Source: an uncultured delta proteobacterium (GTDB lineage: Bacteria; Myxococcota_A; Polyangia; Fen-1088). Taken from it: DNA of 64,000 nt. The notes under the pieces are model-generated. The model ran no database searches, was not told the origin of the DNA, and worked only from the letters and a program-made list of their open reading frames with translations. Of this stretch, positions 19,639 to 28,656 are shown piece after piece. Every line of letters starts with the position of its first letter. The first letter of the stretch is position 1. The translations under genes were made by a program, and so were the position numbers. The stretch spans positions 1,280,001-1,344,000 of the forward strand of contig CAVYGB010000010.1 in NCBI GenBank assembly GCA_963767925.1. The letters run 5' to 3'.

Positions 19639-21058
19639 CCCGGTTGGCCCAGGGGTACGCCAGTCCGCTGGCGGACGGGATGGCGCAGTTCGTCGCGCAC
19701 AAGCGGGTGCTCGGCCGCCGCTATGAGACCGAAGTCTACGCGCTCCGGTTGTTCGACCGCCATCTCGTCGCCCAAGGGATCACAAAGGTCGACGCCATCA
19801 CCCCCGTCGTGATCGAAGCGTTTCTCGCCGCACGACCGCGGGTACGGCCTCGCAGCTACAATCACCTCCTCGGCGTCCTCCGTCAGCTGAGCACAGGCAT
19901 CTTGTCTGAGGGGATTTCGAGCGAACCTGATCAAGATTCCTGCGGGACGGGGCGCGTAAAGACCCGGAGTCCCGGGAACTCGTCCCTCGGAAACATGAAA
20001 AGAGATGCAGGAAGTCAACGCCTCGCCGGCGCAGCAAATTTCCCATGTTTCGAGCACCGTCGCTGATTCGCCGCCATGAAGGGACCCATGATCAGGTTTT
20101 CTGAGGGGAGCGCCTCGCTGCACGCCGGAGACGGCAAGCGCGCGTCGAGCCCCGGTAGGTTCGACGACGTCCCCGCGGGCAGCGAGGCGCAACCGCGCGC
20201 CCGACGGACAGTGTCCAGGAGAAGTTGTCGGTGGCGCGCGGAACCCGGGCTTTCGGCGCGGCGTCGATCCCCTCGAATAACTTGATCGAAACACCCTCAA
20301 ACAACGTGCTCACGCTCAAGCTCTTCCAGTGGCTCGTCGCACGGGGCCACCTCGCTCAAACGCCCGTGGTCTGTCCGACCCGCCGCGCTTCTGTCGCGCG
20401 CATGCCCTTCATCCTCACGCCTGAATCCGCGCGGCGTCTGCTGGATCTGGCGGCCGGTCTGCCTGACGTTCCAGGTGTGGCTCTGCGCGGACCCACCTAC
20501 CGCGCTATCTTTGCGCTGCTCTACGGCCTCGGCCTGCGCGTCGGGGAGGTCTGCCATCTCGATGTGGCCGATGTCGACCAGTCCCGCAAGTTGCTCGTCA
20601 TCCGTGACACGAAGTTCGGCAAGGATCGCCTCGTGCCCTTCGGGCCGCGCCTGGGCGCGATGCTTGACCACTATCTCGGCCTGCGTCGAGCGCGCGAACG
20701 GCATCTCGCGACCGACGCGCCGCTGGTCGGCGGCCTGGCGGGTGGGCGGCTCCATCGCCAGCAGATCGGGAAGATATTCCGTGGGCTGCTCCCAGCCCTC
20801 GGACTCACCGTACCCCCGGGCACCTCACCGCCGCGCCTTCATGACCTCCGCCACAGCTTCGCCGTGCGGACGCTGCTGCGATGGTATCGCGCCGGAATCG
20901 ATCCCGCGAAGCGACTGCTCCACCTGTCGACCTTCTTGGGGCACGTGCAGCCGGAATCCACCGCAGTCTATCTCACGATCACCAGCGAGCTGCTCGCCGA
21001 AGCTGGTCATCGTTTTGAAGTATTCGCGCGCCCGCTCGTCGGGCAGGTGCCTCGATGA
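19635..21058 (+). pseudogene. ritB: RIT tyrosine recombinase B interrupted by a MITE
   Basis: Removing 19888-20321 restores ...GVLRQ-LFQWL... in a 329-aa frame with GLRVGE, TKFGKDR, HDLRHSFAV, LGH and Y. Confidence 0.9.
19888..20318. mobile_element. 431-bp non-autonomous element (MITE) with TG...CA ends and 3-bp TSD AGC
   Basis: AGC at 19885-19887 and 20319-20321. Imperfect IRs TGAGCACAGGCATCTTGTCTGAGGGG and TGAGCGTGAGCACGTTGTTTGAGGGT. Confidence 0.85.
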
Positions 21059-22068
21059 GCGACATCACACTCGGACAGGTGGTCTACGCGTTTCTCGTGG
21101 ACCATCTCCAGGTCGCCAAGGGGTTGCGGCCTTCATCGATCGCGAGCTATCGGGACGGGCTGCGGATCTTCCTCCGTTTCGTCGCTGCGGATGTCGGCGG
21201 CCGGATCACTGCGCTTCCCCTGAGCGCCCTGACGGTCGAGCGGGTGCTCAAGTTCCTACGATCCCTGGAGGACTCCAGGCACAACCACATCCGCACCCGC
21301 AACCAGCGCCTCGCGATGCTCCGCACCTTCTTCGGGTATCTCGGTGGTCGAGTCCCGGAGTTGCTGGCCGTCGCCGAGCAGGTGGCACGCATCTCCACCA
21401 AGCGCGTGGCGCCGCCCGAGACGCACTATCTCGACCGGACGGAAATCGAGAATCTCTTCGCTGGCCTGCGGTCCGACGCAGGGGTGGCGCGTGATCGCAC
21501 TCTGTTGCTCTTCCTTTACAACACGGGGGCGCGAGTCCAGGAGGTTGCCGATCTCCGCGTCGGTCACCTCGCCTTGGATCGCCAGCCGTGGGTCCGCCTC
21601 CATGGAAAGGGAGACAAGTGGCGTACGTGCCCGCTCTGGAAGGAGACCGCGGAGCACCTGCGACGTCTCGTCGAACGCCCGCATGGCGTGGCGGGTCCCG
21701 AGGAGGCGGTCTTTTGCTCGGCGCGGGGCACAGCGCTCACGCGTTTCGGCCTGTATAAGATCGTCCGTCGCCATACGTCGCGCCTCGACGCGGCTCCTGG
21801 GCAGAGAGGTCGGCGGGTGACGCCCCACACTTTCCGGCACACGGCCGCCGTGCACCTGCTTGAAGCAGGGGTGGAGGTCAACGTGATCCGCGGCTGGCTC
21901 GGTCATGTCAGCCTCGAGACCACGAATCGCTACGCCGAGATCAGCCTTCGCCTCAAGGCGGCGGCGCTCGACACCACAACCTCGCCGGTGCGCGCGCCAG
22001 ATCGTGGTGGACGCAAACAGCCGTGGCATACCGATGCCGCCTTGATGACCTGGCTCGACGCCCTCTGA
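21055..22068 (+). CDS. ritC: RIT tyrosine recombinase C
   Basis: NTGARVQE, GKGDKWR, HTFRH, LGH and TTNRY; ATGA overlap. Confidence 0.9.
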   Translation: MSDITLGQVVYAFLVDHLQVAKGLRPSSIASYRDGLRIFLRFVAADVGGRITALPLSALTVERVLKFLRSLEDSRHNHIRTRNQRLAMLRTFFGYLGGRVPELLAVAEQVARISTKRVAPPETHYLDRTEIENLFAGLRSDAGVARDRTLLLFLYNTGARVQEVADLRVGHLALDRQPWVRLHGKGDKWRTCPLWKETAEHLRRLVERPHGVAGPEEAVFCSARGTALTRFGLYKIVRRHTSRLDAAPGQRGRRVTPHTFRHTAAVHLLEAGVEVNVIRGWLGHVSLETTNRYAEISLRLKAAALDTTTSPVRAPDRGGRKQPWHTDAALMTWLDAL

Positions 22069-22077
22069 CCCTTGAAG

Positions 22078-22160
22078 ATTATGTGGCGGGATTCGAGGGC
22101 CGGCCCGCGGCGTTCCCGCGGTCTGGGCCCTCGGGCACATATCCCGGCCGGGCACAGAAC
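22078..22160 (-). repeat. RIT right inverted repeat
   Basis: Reverse complement of 18239-18322 with a few central mismatches. Confidence 0.92.
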
Positions 22161-22165
22161 CACGA

Positions 22166-22185
22166 TTCTGTTCCGCGGAACAGAA
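22166..22185. repeat. Perfect 20-bp palindrome TTCTGTTCCGCGGAACAGAA at the RIT right end
   Basis: Read directly; extends to 24 bp (22164-22187). Confidence 0.95.
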
Positions 22186-22892
22186 TCAACGTAGAGCCGC
22201 TTCGGGATCCCTCTGCGGCGGATGGCTTGCTCGAACACGGGCAGAAAGCACGCGACATTCTCCCCGAGCGCGAAAGCCCCGTAGGGGATCACCCGCGTGG
22301 CGTCGTCAATGAAGGAGATGAGATACGTCTTGCGACGGCGCTTGCGCTCGTCGAGGACTGCCGGTCCGTGCATGACGTCGCTCATCCACAGCTCACCTGC
22401 CTTCAGGTAGGAGAAGCGGCGCCGGTCGTTGCTCGTCGGCTCGTCTGGCCGCCGCTCCATCAGGCCGGCTCGAGACAGCACCCGGTGCACCGTCGCCGGC
22501 GCCAGCTCCACGTCCTGCGGCACCTCTGCCGAGGCGCGCGCCGCTTCGATCACCATCCGCACCAACAGCGCCGGCTTGTCCTCCTTGACCATGCACAGCA
22601 GATCCACCACCGACTGCGGGATGGCGCGCGCCTGCCCCTGGTCCCGCCGGGGCTTGGGCAGCAGGGCATCAAAGCCGCCTTGTCGGTAGTCCTTGAGCCA
22701 GTCCCGGATCGTCTCTGGTGCCACCCGGCAACGTCGTGACCCGGGAATGTCGTGCTCGCGCTCGGCCTTCTTGGCGATCATCTCGCCGAGCCCGCGCTTT
22801 CCTCGCGGCCAGTGCAATAGGTCCGCGATCAGCCCGTACCGGAACAGCGCGACGGCGTGGCGTCGCTCCTTGTCGTCGTCCTTGATGTCCAT
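22186..22892 (-). pseudogene. 5' part of Mu/TnsB-like DDE transposase
   Basis: AAGGAGG RBS; ALFRYGLI, HTH, WMSDVMHGP, FIDDATR and GIPKRLYVD, cut at the RIT end. Confidence 0.88.
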
Positions 22893-23544
22893 CGGTGCCC
22901 TCCTTGGCGCCCTCGTAGGCGCCACGCACCACCGCTACCGGGATCGCGTCGGCGGGTCTGGCCCCGGGTCGTGTTCGCAGGGTGTCCGGCCTCGTCGGCG
23001 GAGGCCCGAATCCGACGGGCGCGGCCACCTTCCCGAGTTGCTTCTCGAACTGAGCCCGCACCTGCCGGAGCACCGGCCTGTCCAGCCGCTGCCCCACCTC
23101 GGTGATGGTCGGGGCGCACGAGCCTGCCAGCTCTGGCACCATCGTCACCAGCGCCAGCAGCGCGGCCCGCACCGGGCCCAGCCGCCGACGGACCCACCGT
23201 ATCGCCCCGGGCAGCTCGATGTCGGGGCGCAGCTCATCCGCCGCGGCTTGCACGGACGGCGCCGCCTCCACCGCCGCGACCACCCGCTCCACCTCGTCGA
23301 GATCGCTCGGAAGCCTCGCCGCCAGGCAGTCCGGCAACAGGCTGAAGCTCGTGTGGGCCGTGGGGCAGTAGTACCGCGCCACCCGCATCCCAGCCGGCCT
23401 GACCCGCTGGTACGTCCCCAGCCGGCGGAACCCGCACGCCGCTGCCGCGCCGTGAACCGGGCACCGCTCGAGCCTTGCCTGTCGCCAGCCTTCCTGCCTA
23501 ACGTATTCCTCGCTGGTCTGTGCCGACGCCTGTCGCAGCTGCAC
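22669..23544 (-). CDS. Transposon-associated Cys/His-containing protein upstream of the DDE gene; true 3' end probably near 22900
   Basis: CPVHG...CGF...YYCP...FSLLPDCLAARL motifs. The ORF reads into the transposase gene, possibly because of an indel. Confidence 0.65.
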   Translation of the reverse strand: MQLRQASAQTSEEYVRQEGWRQARLERCPVHGAAAACGFRRLGTYQRVRPAGMRVARYYCPTAHTSFSLLPDCLAARLPSDLDEVERVVAAVEAAPSVQAAADELRPDIELPGAIRWVRRRLGPVRAALLALVTMVPELAGSCAPTITEVGQRLDRPVLRQVRAQFEKQLGKVAAPVGFGPPPTRPDTLRTRPGARPADAIPVAVVRGAYEGAKEGTDGHQGRRQGATPRRRAVPVRADRGPIALAARKARARRDDRQEGRARARHSRVTTLPGGTRDDPGLAQGLPTRRL

Positions 23545-23747
23545 AGACCGGCCAAGGGTCCGCACGGGTACCAGCCGTGGCGGGCCCAACTTATGTTGGG
23601 GATCACGAGGGCGGGCCCCATGCCTGCCGGCCAGGAGCTTTGCCTTGGTCCCGCCCTTCCCGCAATCCCTCCCCGCTACACCGTCCCGGTCTCGTCCCCC
23701 ATCTCACCCGGCTCACCGGGGGCGCAGTGCCGGAAGATCCTCGCGGT

Positions 23748-23775
23748 GATCTACGAAGCTACGTGCGAGCTAACA
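23748..23775 (-). repeat. IS21-like terminal IR (...GCTAACA), partner of the end at 28467
   Basis: Reverse complement TGTTAGCTCGCACGTAGCTTCGTAGATC matches 28467-28494 at 26/28. Confidence 0.85.
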
Positions 23776-24980
23776 ACGGGTACACGCAGTTCTGCGAGTA
23801 CTACCGGCAATGGCTCGGCCGGAGAGGTCTGTCGATGCGCCAGGTGCACGTGGCCGGGGAGAAGACCTTCGTGGACTACTCGGGCAAGAAGCCGTGCATC
23901 TGGGATCCGAAGACCGGTGAGGCCATCGAGGTCGAGCTATTCGTGGCCGTGCTGGGGGCTTCGAACCTGACCTTCGCAGAAGCCACCCGCACGCAACGTG
24001 GTCCCGACTGGATCGCCAGCCACACCCGAACGGTGGCGTACTTTGGCGGCGCCACGGCCGCCTACGTATGCGACCAGCTCCGCTCTGGCGTGACGATCCC
24101 GTGCCGGTACGAGCCGGGCGTGCAGCGCACATACGAGGAGTGGGCCGAACATCACGAGGCGGTCGTGCTGCCGGCGCGTGCAGCCCATCCCAAAGACAAG
24201 GCTAAGGTCGAGACGGCCGTGCGCGTAGCCCAGCGCTGGATTCTCGCGCGGATGCGCAACGAGCGGCACTTCACCCTCGAGTCTCTGAACGAACGGATCG
24301 CCGCGCTCCTCGAGGAACTGAACGGCCGGCAGATGCGCGTGTACCAAGCCAGCCGTCGCGAGATGTTCGAGCGGCTCGATCGCCCGGCGCTCAAGCCGAT
24401 GCCCGCCACGCGATTCACGTACGCCGAGTGGAAGACGGTCAAGGTCAACGTCGACTACCACGTCGAGGTCGATGGTCACTACTACTCGGTCCCCTATCAG
24501 CGCCTGGGCGAGCAGGTGGAAGCGCGCGTCTCCGCCGCCACGGTGGAGGTGATCCTCGACGGCGCGCGCATCGCCTCGCATGCCCGCAGCTTCCAGCGTG
24601 GCCGCCACACCACGGTGCCCGAGCACATGCCCGTCGCGCATCGGCAGCACATGGAGTGGAGCCCGTCGCGCCTGATGAACTGGGCCGGCACGATCGGGCC
24701 GCAGACGCGCGCCCTGGTGTCGGCGATCCTCGCGGACAGGCCGCACCCGGAGCAGGGCTACCGCTCTTGCCTCGGTGTCTTGCGACTTGCCAAGCGGTAC
24801 GGGGACACGCGCGTGGAGGCGGCGTGTGCCCGTGCGATGGCGGCCGGTGCGCGGTCATTTCGCCACGTCGATTCGATCCTGAAGCACGGCCTGGATCGTC
24901 TGCCGGCGCGAACCACCGCGGCTGCCACGCCAGCGCCCGTGCCCCACGAGAATGTCCGAGGACCGAACTACTACAACTGA
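23776..24980 (+). pseudogene. istA: IS21 transposase IstA, 5'-truncated
   Basis: GYTQFCEYY, FVDYSG, DQLRSGV, KDKAKVE and DGHYYSVP. The N-terminal HTH is lost at the IS end at 23775. Confidence 0.9.
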
Positions 24981-24993
24981 AGGAGAGGACGAC

Positions 24994-25740
24994 ATGTTGA
25001 CCGAACCAACCCTGAACAAGCTGCGCGCCCTGCGGCTCGACGCCTTCGCTGCTGCCTGGTCCGAGCAGACCAAGAACCCGGAGGCGTCGAAGCTGTCCTT
25101 CGACGAACGCCTGGGTCTTCTGGTCGATGCCGAATGTCTCGCACGCGAGAACAAACGGCTGGGCCGGCTGCTCAAAGAGGCCAAGCTTCGCCTGAGCCAG
25201 GCGTGCATCGAAGAAATCGACTACCCCGCGCGACGAGAGCTCGACAAGGCCGTCATCCGGCAGCTCGCCGGTTGCCGATGGGTGCACGAGCACCAGAACG
25301 TGATCATCACCGGAATGACGGGGACGGGGAAGACCTTCGTGGGCTGTGCACTCGCCCAGCAGGCTTGCCGCAAGGGCTTCTCGGCGATCTACCGGCGGGC
25401 GTCCCGGCTCTTCGATGAACTCGCTCTCGCGCGCGCCGACGGCAGCTACGTGCGACTGCTGGCCAAGCTCGCCCGCGTCGACGTGCTGGTGATCGACGAC
25501 TGGGGCCTCACCCCGCCCGGCGAGCAGGAGAGGCGTGACTTCTTCGAGATCCTCGAAGACCGGTACGGCAATCGCTCCACGATCATGACCAGCCAACTCC
25601 CGCCGAAAACCTGGCACGCCCACCTGGCCGATCAGACCCTCGCAGACGCCATCCTCGACCGCATCCTGCACAACGCCCACCGGCTCGTGCTAAAGGGGCC
25701 TTCGAGGCGAAAGAACGAGAAGGAGACCGAGACCGAATAA
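24994..25740 (+). CDS. istB: IS21 helper ATPase IstB
   Basis: GMTGTGKT, LVIDDWG, TSQLP and DAILDRILHNAH. Confidence 0.93.
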   Translation: MLTEPTLNKLRALRLDAFAAAWSEQTKNPEASKLSFDERLGLLVDAECLARENKRLGRLLKEAKLRLSQACIEEIDYPARRELDKAVIRQLAGCRWVHEHQNVIITGMTGTGKTFVGCALAQQACRKGFSAIYRRASRLFDELALARADGSYVRLLAKLARVDVLVIDDWGLTPPGEQERRDFFEILEDRYGNRSTIMTSQLPPKTWHAHLADQTLADAILDRILHNAHRLVLKGPSRRKNEKETETE

Positions 25741-25775
25741 CCCACTAACGCGACCAGACAGCGTCGCTTCGCTCC

Positions 25776-25826
25776 GACCTGATCACGATGGACCGATCTC
25801 GGTGATCACGTTCGCCGGAATGTGCA
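25776..25826 (+). repeat. IS21 right end
   Basis: Two TGATCACG sub-repeats and terminal CCGGAATGTGCA. Truncates the neighbouring gene. Confidence 0.7.
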
Positions 25827-26335
25827 CGAGAGTGGCGGCCAAGGCGGTTAGCAGCTGGTACCGCAGTCGGGAGGCCTTGACGGTCCCCGGAACGCCGGCT
25901 GGGAGGATAGATCTGACCAGTTCGATCAGCCGGAAGATCCGTCCCGAGTTCGGTACTTCCGCCAGGCGTTCGGGCGCGTTGGAGAACTGGCCAGAAATCG
26001 TCTGCCCGAACTCCTCGTCGGCCTTACCCTCGACCGTAAGGACGAGCTCGCCTTCCTCGTCTCTCGCGGTGAGCGCCAGGTCGGCGTTTGCTGGCTCACC
26101 CTTGCGGTTCTCAAACTTCAGCTGGACTTCCGGCTCGACCAGGTCGAGGGCGACCTTTCCGATGTGAGAGTGACGAAAGAAGGGCGGCGACTTCGGCCGG
26201 CGGAAGGGGAGTGCTGGCGAGCCAGGCTCGCGCTCGCGCCAGCTCCTTCGCGCTGCGGCCGTCAACCCACTGCAGGCTCGGGTTCTTGGGCGGCGCCAGT
26301 TGTCTCCACGTCTCCAAACTGTCGATGCAGATTCC
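25827..26335 (-). pseudogene. DUF6946-like putative PD-(D/E)XK nuclease fragment
   Basis: QWVDGRSAKELA, NADLAL...TVEGKADEEFG and LRYQLLTA. Frameshifted and cut at both ends. Confidence 0.6.
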
Positions 26336-26596
26336 GCCAGCTGGCTGAACATGGTTGGAGATCGAAATCGGAGTTCTAGTTGCCCAATGCCTAGACCGTC
26401 GCATCCCCGATATCAAGAAGGTGACCACGGAGGTCGGAGCGCGGAACCGCGCCCGCAACGCCGAAGGCGCCAATGTCCGTTGGATGTTTGGGATCGACAA
26501 GGCCCGGGAGAAGCTCGGCCGCGCCTACACGGCCTCACCTTGCGCCGGCTCAGCGCGCGGCGTGAACCCGTCCAATTCCTTGCGACGGGTAACTAG
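26336..26596 (+). mobile_element. IS630-family remnant (transposase 3' end and right end)
   Basis: ASWLNM-EIEIGVLVAQCLDRRI...WMF...AREKLGRAY; ends in CTAG. Confidence 0.75.
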
Positions 26597-27609
26597 TGCG
26601 CTGAAGGCACTCGCCTTTTGAGGGTGGCGCGGCGTTGGCGTCGACGCGTCGACATTGCGATTAAGCCGAAAGCCAACATTAGGCCGCCCACCCCATTGGT
26701 CCGACCGCCGGGGCCAAAGGAGCAGGCCGCGGCCTGAGGTGACGTTTGGTCTAACCCGCCGCCATTGGCGGGAACGGGCGCCTGGGAAGGCACATTTCCC
26801 GATTGCAACGCATCACCGCCGGCCGAGGGTACACTTGGCGCTTCGCAGGAAAGTTCAATCTCCGCTTCAACCGGGCCGACACTCGACGGTGCGCCGAGGA
26901 TGTGGGGGGTGAGCTTCACTCGGTGCCGACCCGCCGGCACGCTCGTGAGGCCGCCACAGGGCCCAAGTAGCCAACCCGGCTCGGAGCAATAGGACCGGAT
27001 TATGATATCCGGAGACTTACCCAGCGTGGCAGGGCCACTGAGGTCGGTGCGCCGGCCGTCGACCTCGACTTTAAAAGTCCGTAGGGCGCGGAAGGGCTGA
27101 GACTCCGGCGTCTCGAGGAGTTGAAGGCTCACGAACGCGAATCGCGTAGCGGCTACTTCCATTTCTCCATCGGTTAGAACGCTGAGTGTTCCTACGTTGG
27201 GCGGAAATGAGAGTGACTCGGTCGCAAGGAAGGCAAACTCCTGAGATCTGCGGCTTCCAGTCTGACAACGGGCATTGTCGTAAGTGAGGATATACCTCCG
27301 CCCGGCATCAAGCGGTTCGTCTGGAGAAAAGACGCTCTCTCCTGTGGCTAGCCTTTTGACCGAAGCCGTTACAACCGCACCTCCGTCCTCCGTCCGCAGT
27401 GAGAGGTCAGATTCGAAATTGGCCCGGTAGGGATCGTCGTTGACGCGAAAGGCTACGGCATTTGCCGGAAACGTTGCGCCTTCGGATGGTACGTCAACGC
27501 ACGGTCGGGACGGCGGGCTGCATGCCTGAGCCAAGCCTTGCCACGAGACGCCAAGAGCGGCGACCGCGCCGGCTACCACCACCACACACTTTGAATTCCG
27601 TCCCGACAT
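26593..27609 (-). CDS. Secreted protein with MYXO-CTERM-like sorting tail
   Basis: Signal ..AQA-CSPP; C-terminal ACS-Gly-rich-TM-RRR. Codon usage less GC-biased than the flanks. Confidence 0.65.
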   Translation of the reverse strand: MSGRNSKCVVVVAGAVAALGVSWQGLAQACSPPSRPCVDVPSEGATFPANAVAFRVNDDPYRANFESDLSLRTEDGGAVVTASVKRLATGESVFSPDEPLDAGRRYILTYDNARCQTGSRRSQEFAFLATESLSFPPNVGTLSVLTDGEMEVAATRFAFVSLQLLETPESQPFRALRTFKVEVDGRRTDLSGPATLGKSPDIIIRSYCSEPGWLLGPCGGLTSVPAGRHRVKLTPHILGAPSSVGPVEAEIELSCEAPSVPSAGGDALQSGNVPSQAPVPANGGGLDQTSPQAAACSFGPGGRTNGVGGLMLAFGLIAMSTRRRQRRATLKRRVPSAH

Positions 27610-27905
27610 TCGTACTCCTCTGTTTGGGCCCCTTTCGTTCACCTGCAAGGCAAGGACCCGACGTCGATTCTACGCGGAGACGGCATTCCTAGCTACCTCG
27701 TCGACGACCAAGTCGCGACAGCGGTGTCCTGAGCGACATTGACCTTTCGTGCGCGCGGAAAAGTCCGACGGTCAGAAGGCGCAACGACGTCCCGACGCCG
27801 CGGTCCTTCGTTACGGTCGAAGCCTCTACGCCGGGGGGGGTTGTCTCGGTGCCACGCCTCCTCCGTGCTTCACCGGAGTTGCCCGAAAGGATGCGCGTTG
27901 GGCGG

Positions 27906-27955
27906 TGAGCGTGCGCGTGTTTTCTGAGGGGAGTTCGATCGCGTAGTCTGAGGGG
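27906..27955 (-). repeat. Downstream end of the DDE/AAA transposon; same end family as the MITE
   Basis: TGAGCGTG...TGAGGGG..TTCGATC...GAGGGG; 36/50 ungapped identity to the MITE right end by hand count. Confidence 0.7.
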
Positions 27956-27972
27956 CGCGGGGAGTCGAGGGA

Positions 27973-28179
27973 TCAGAAGAGGGCGTCGTCTTCGCTGGGG
28001 GGCGGGCGCAGGGGCGGGATGGGCGCGGTCGTGAGGTCGCTCCGGACCTCGTTGATGGCTTCACGGTGGGCATCCCAGATGGCGTCGATGATGTTCTCGA
28101 GGATCTGTACGACGGTGAGGGCGGTGCGGCCGTCGAGTGGCGGCAGGATCACGTGAGCGCGTGGAGGGGGTGGGCTCAT
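27973..28179 (-). CDS. Small transposon-associated protein (68 aa)
   Basis: ATGA overlap with the ATPase stop; GGAG RBS; ends DDALF next to the transposon end. Confidence 0.6.
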   Translation of the reverse strand: MSPPPPRAHVILPPLDGRTALTVVQILENIIDAIWDAHREAINEVRSDLTTAPIPPLRPPPSEDDALF

Positions 28180-28466
28180 CGCTTCTTCGCCTGCGCCGCG
28201 GCCTTGGGACGCGCTGGCTGCTGGAAGGACTCGAGGAAGAGCTTCTCGTCGAGGCGAGGCAGGTCGCGGTCGGCGGCGATGGCGAGGAGCTCGTCGCCAA
28301 GGTTCATGAGCACGCGGTAGTTGCCGGCGGCGTGGTCGGCCAGGGTGGCCTTGAGCTCGGTGGTCATCAGGGTAGCGTTGCCGGCGGCATCGAGGAGGTG
28401 ATCGAGGCAGGCGAGCAGCTCGTCGCGGGCGGCGTACTCGAGGACGAGACGACGCCGGATGCGGCT
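28176..28466 (-). pseudogene. 3' fragment of an ExeA/TnsC-like AAA ATPase
   Basis: SRIRRRLVLE...LDHLLDAAGN..LMT...AGNYRVLMNL. Cut exactly at the IS end at 28467. Confidence 0.75.
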
Positions 28467-28656
28467 TGTTAGCTCGCAGGTAGTTTCGTAGATCCTTCAG
28501 CGCCGGCCCGAAGGTGATCCACCCCCCGGCGAGATCGTGAGCCACCCGGGGTGGCGGGCGCCGTAGGGACGGCGGCGGGATCGTGATCCACCCCGGCCGA
28601 AGAGGGAGACCGGGACGGGACGCGGCAGGGAGACGGTAGTAGTGGTGGCGCCTGCG

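Larger units (their letters stand above)
18240..22185 (+). mobile_element. Recombinase-in-trio (RIT) element
   Basis: Three overlapping tyrosine recombinase genes, ~83-bp IRs (18239-18322 and 22078-22160), terminal palindrome at 22166-22185. Confidence 0.92.
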
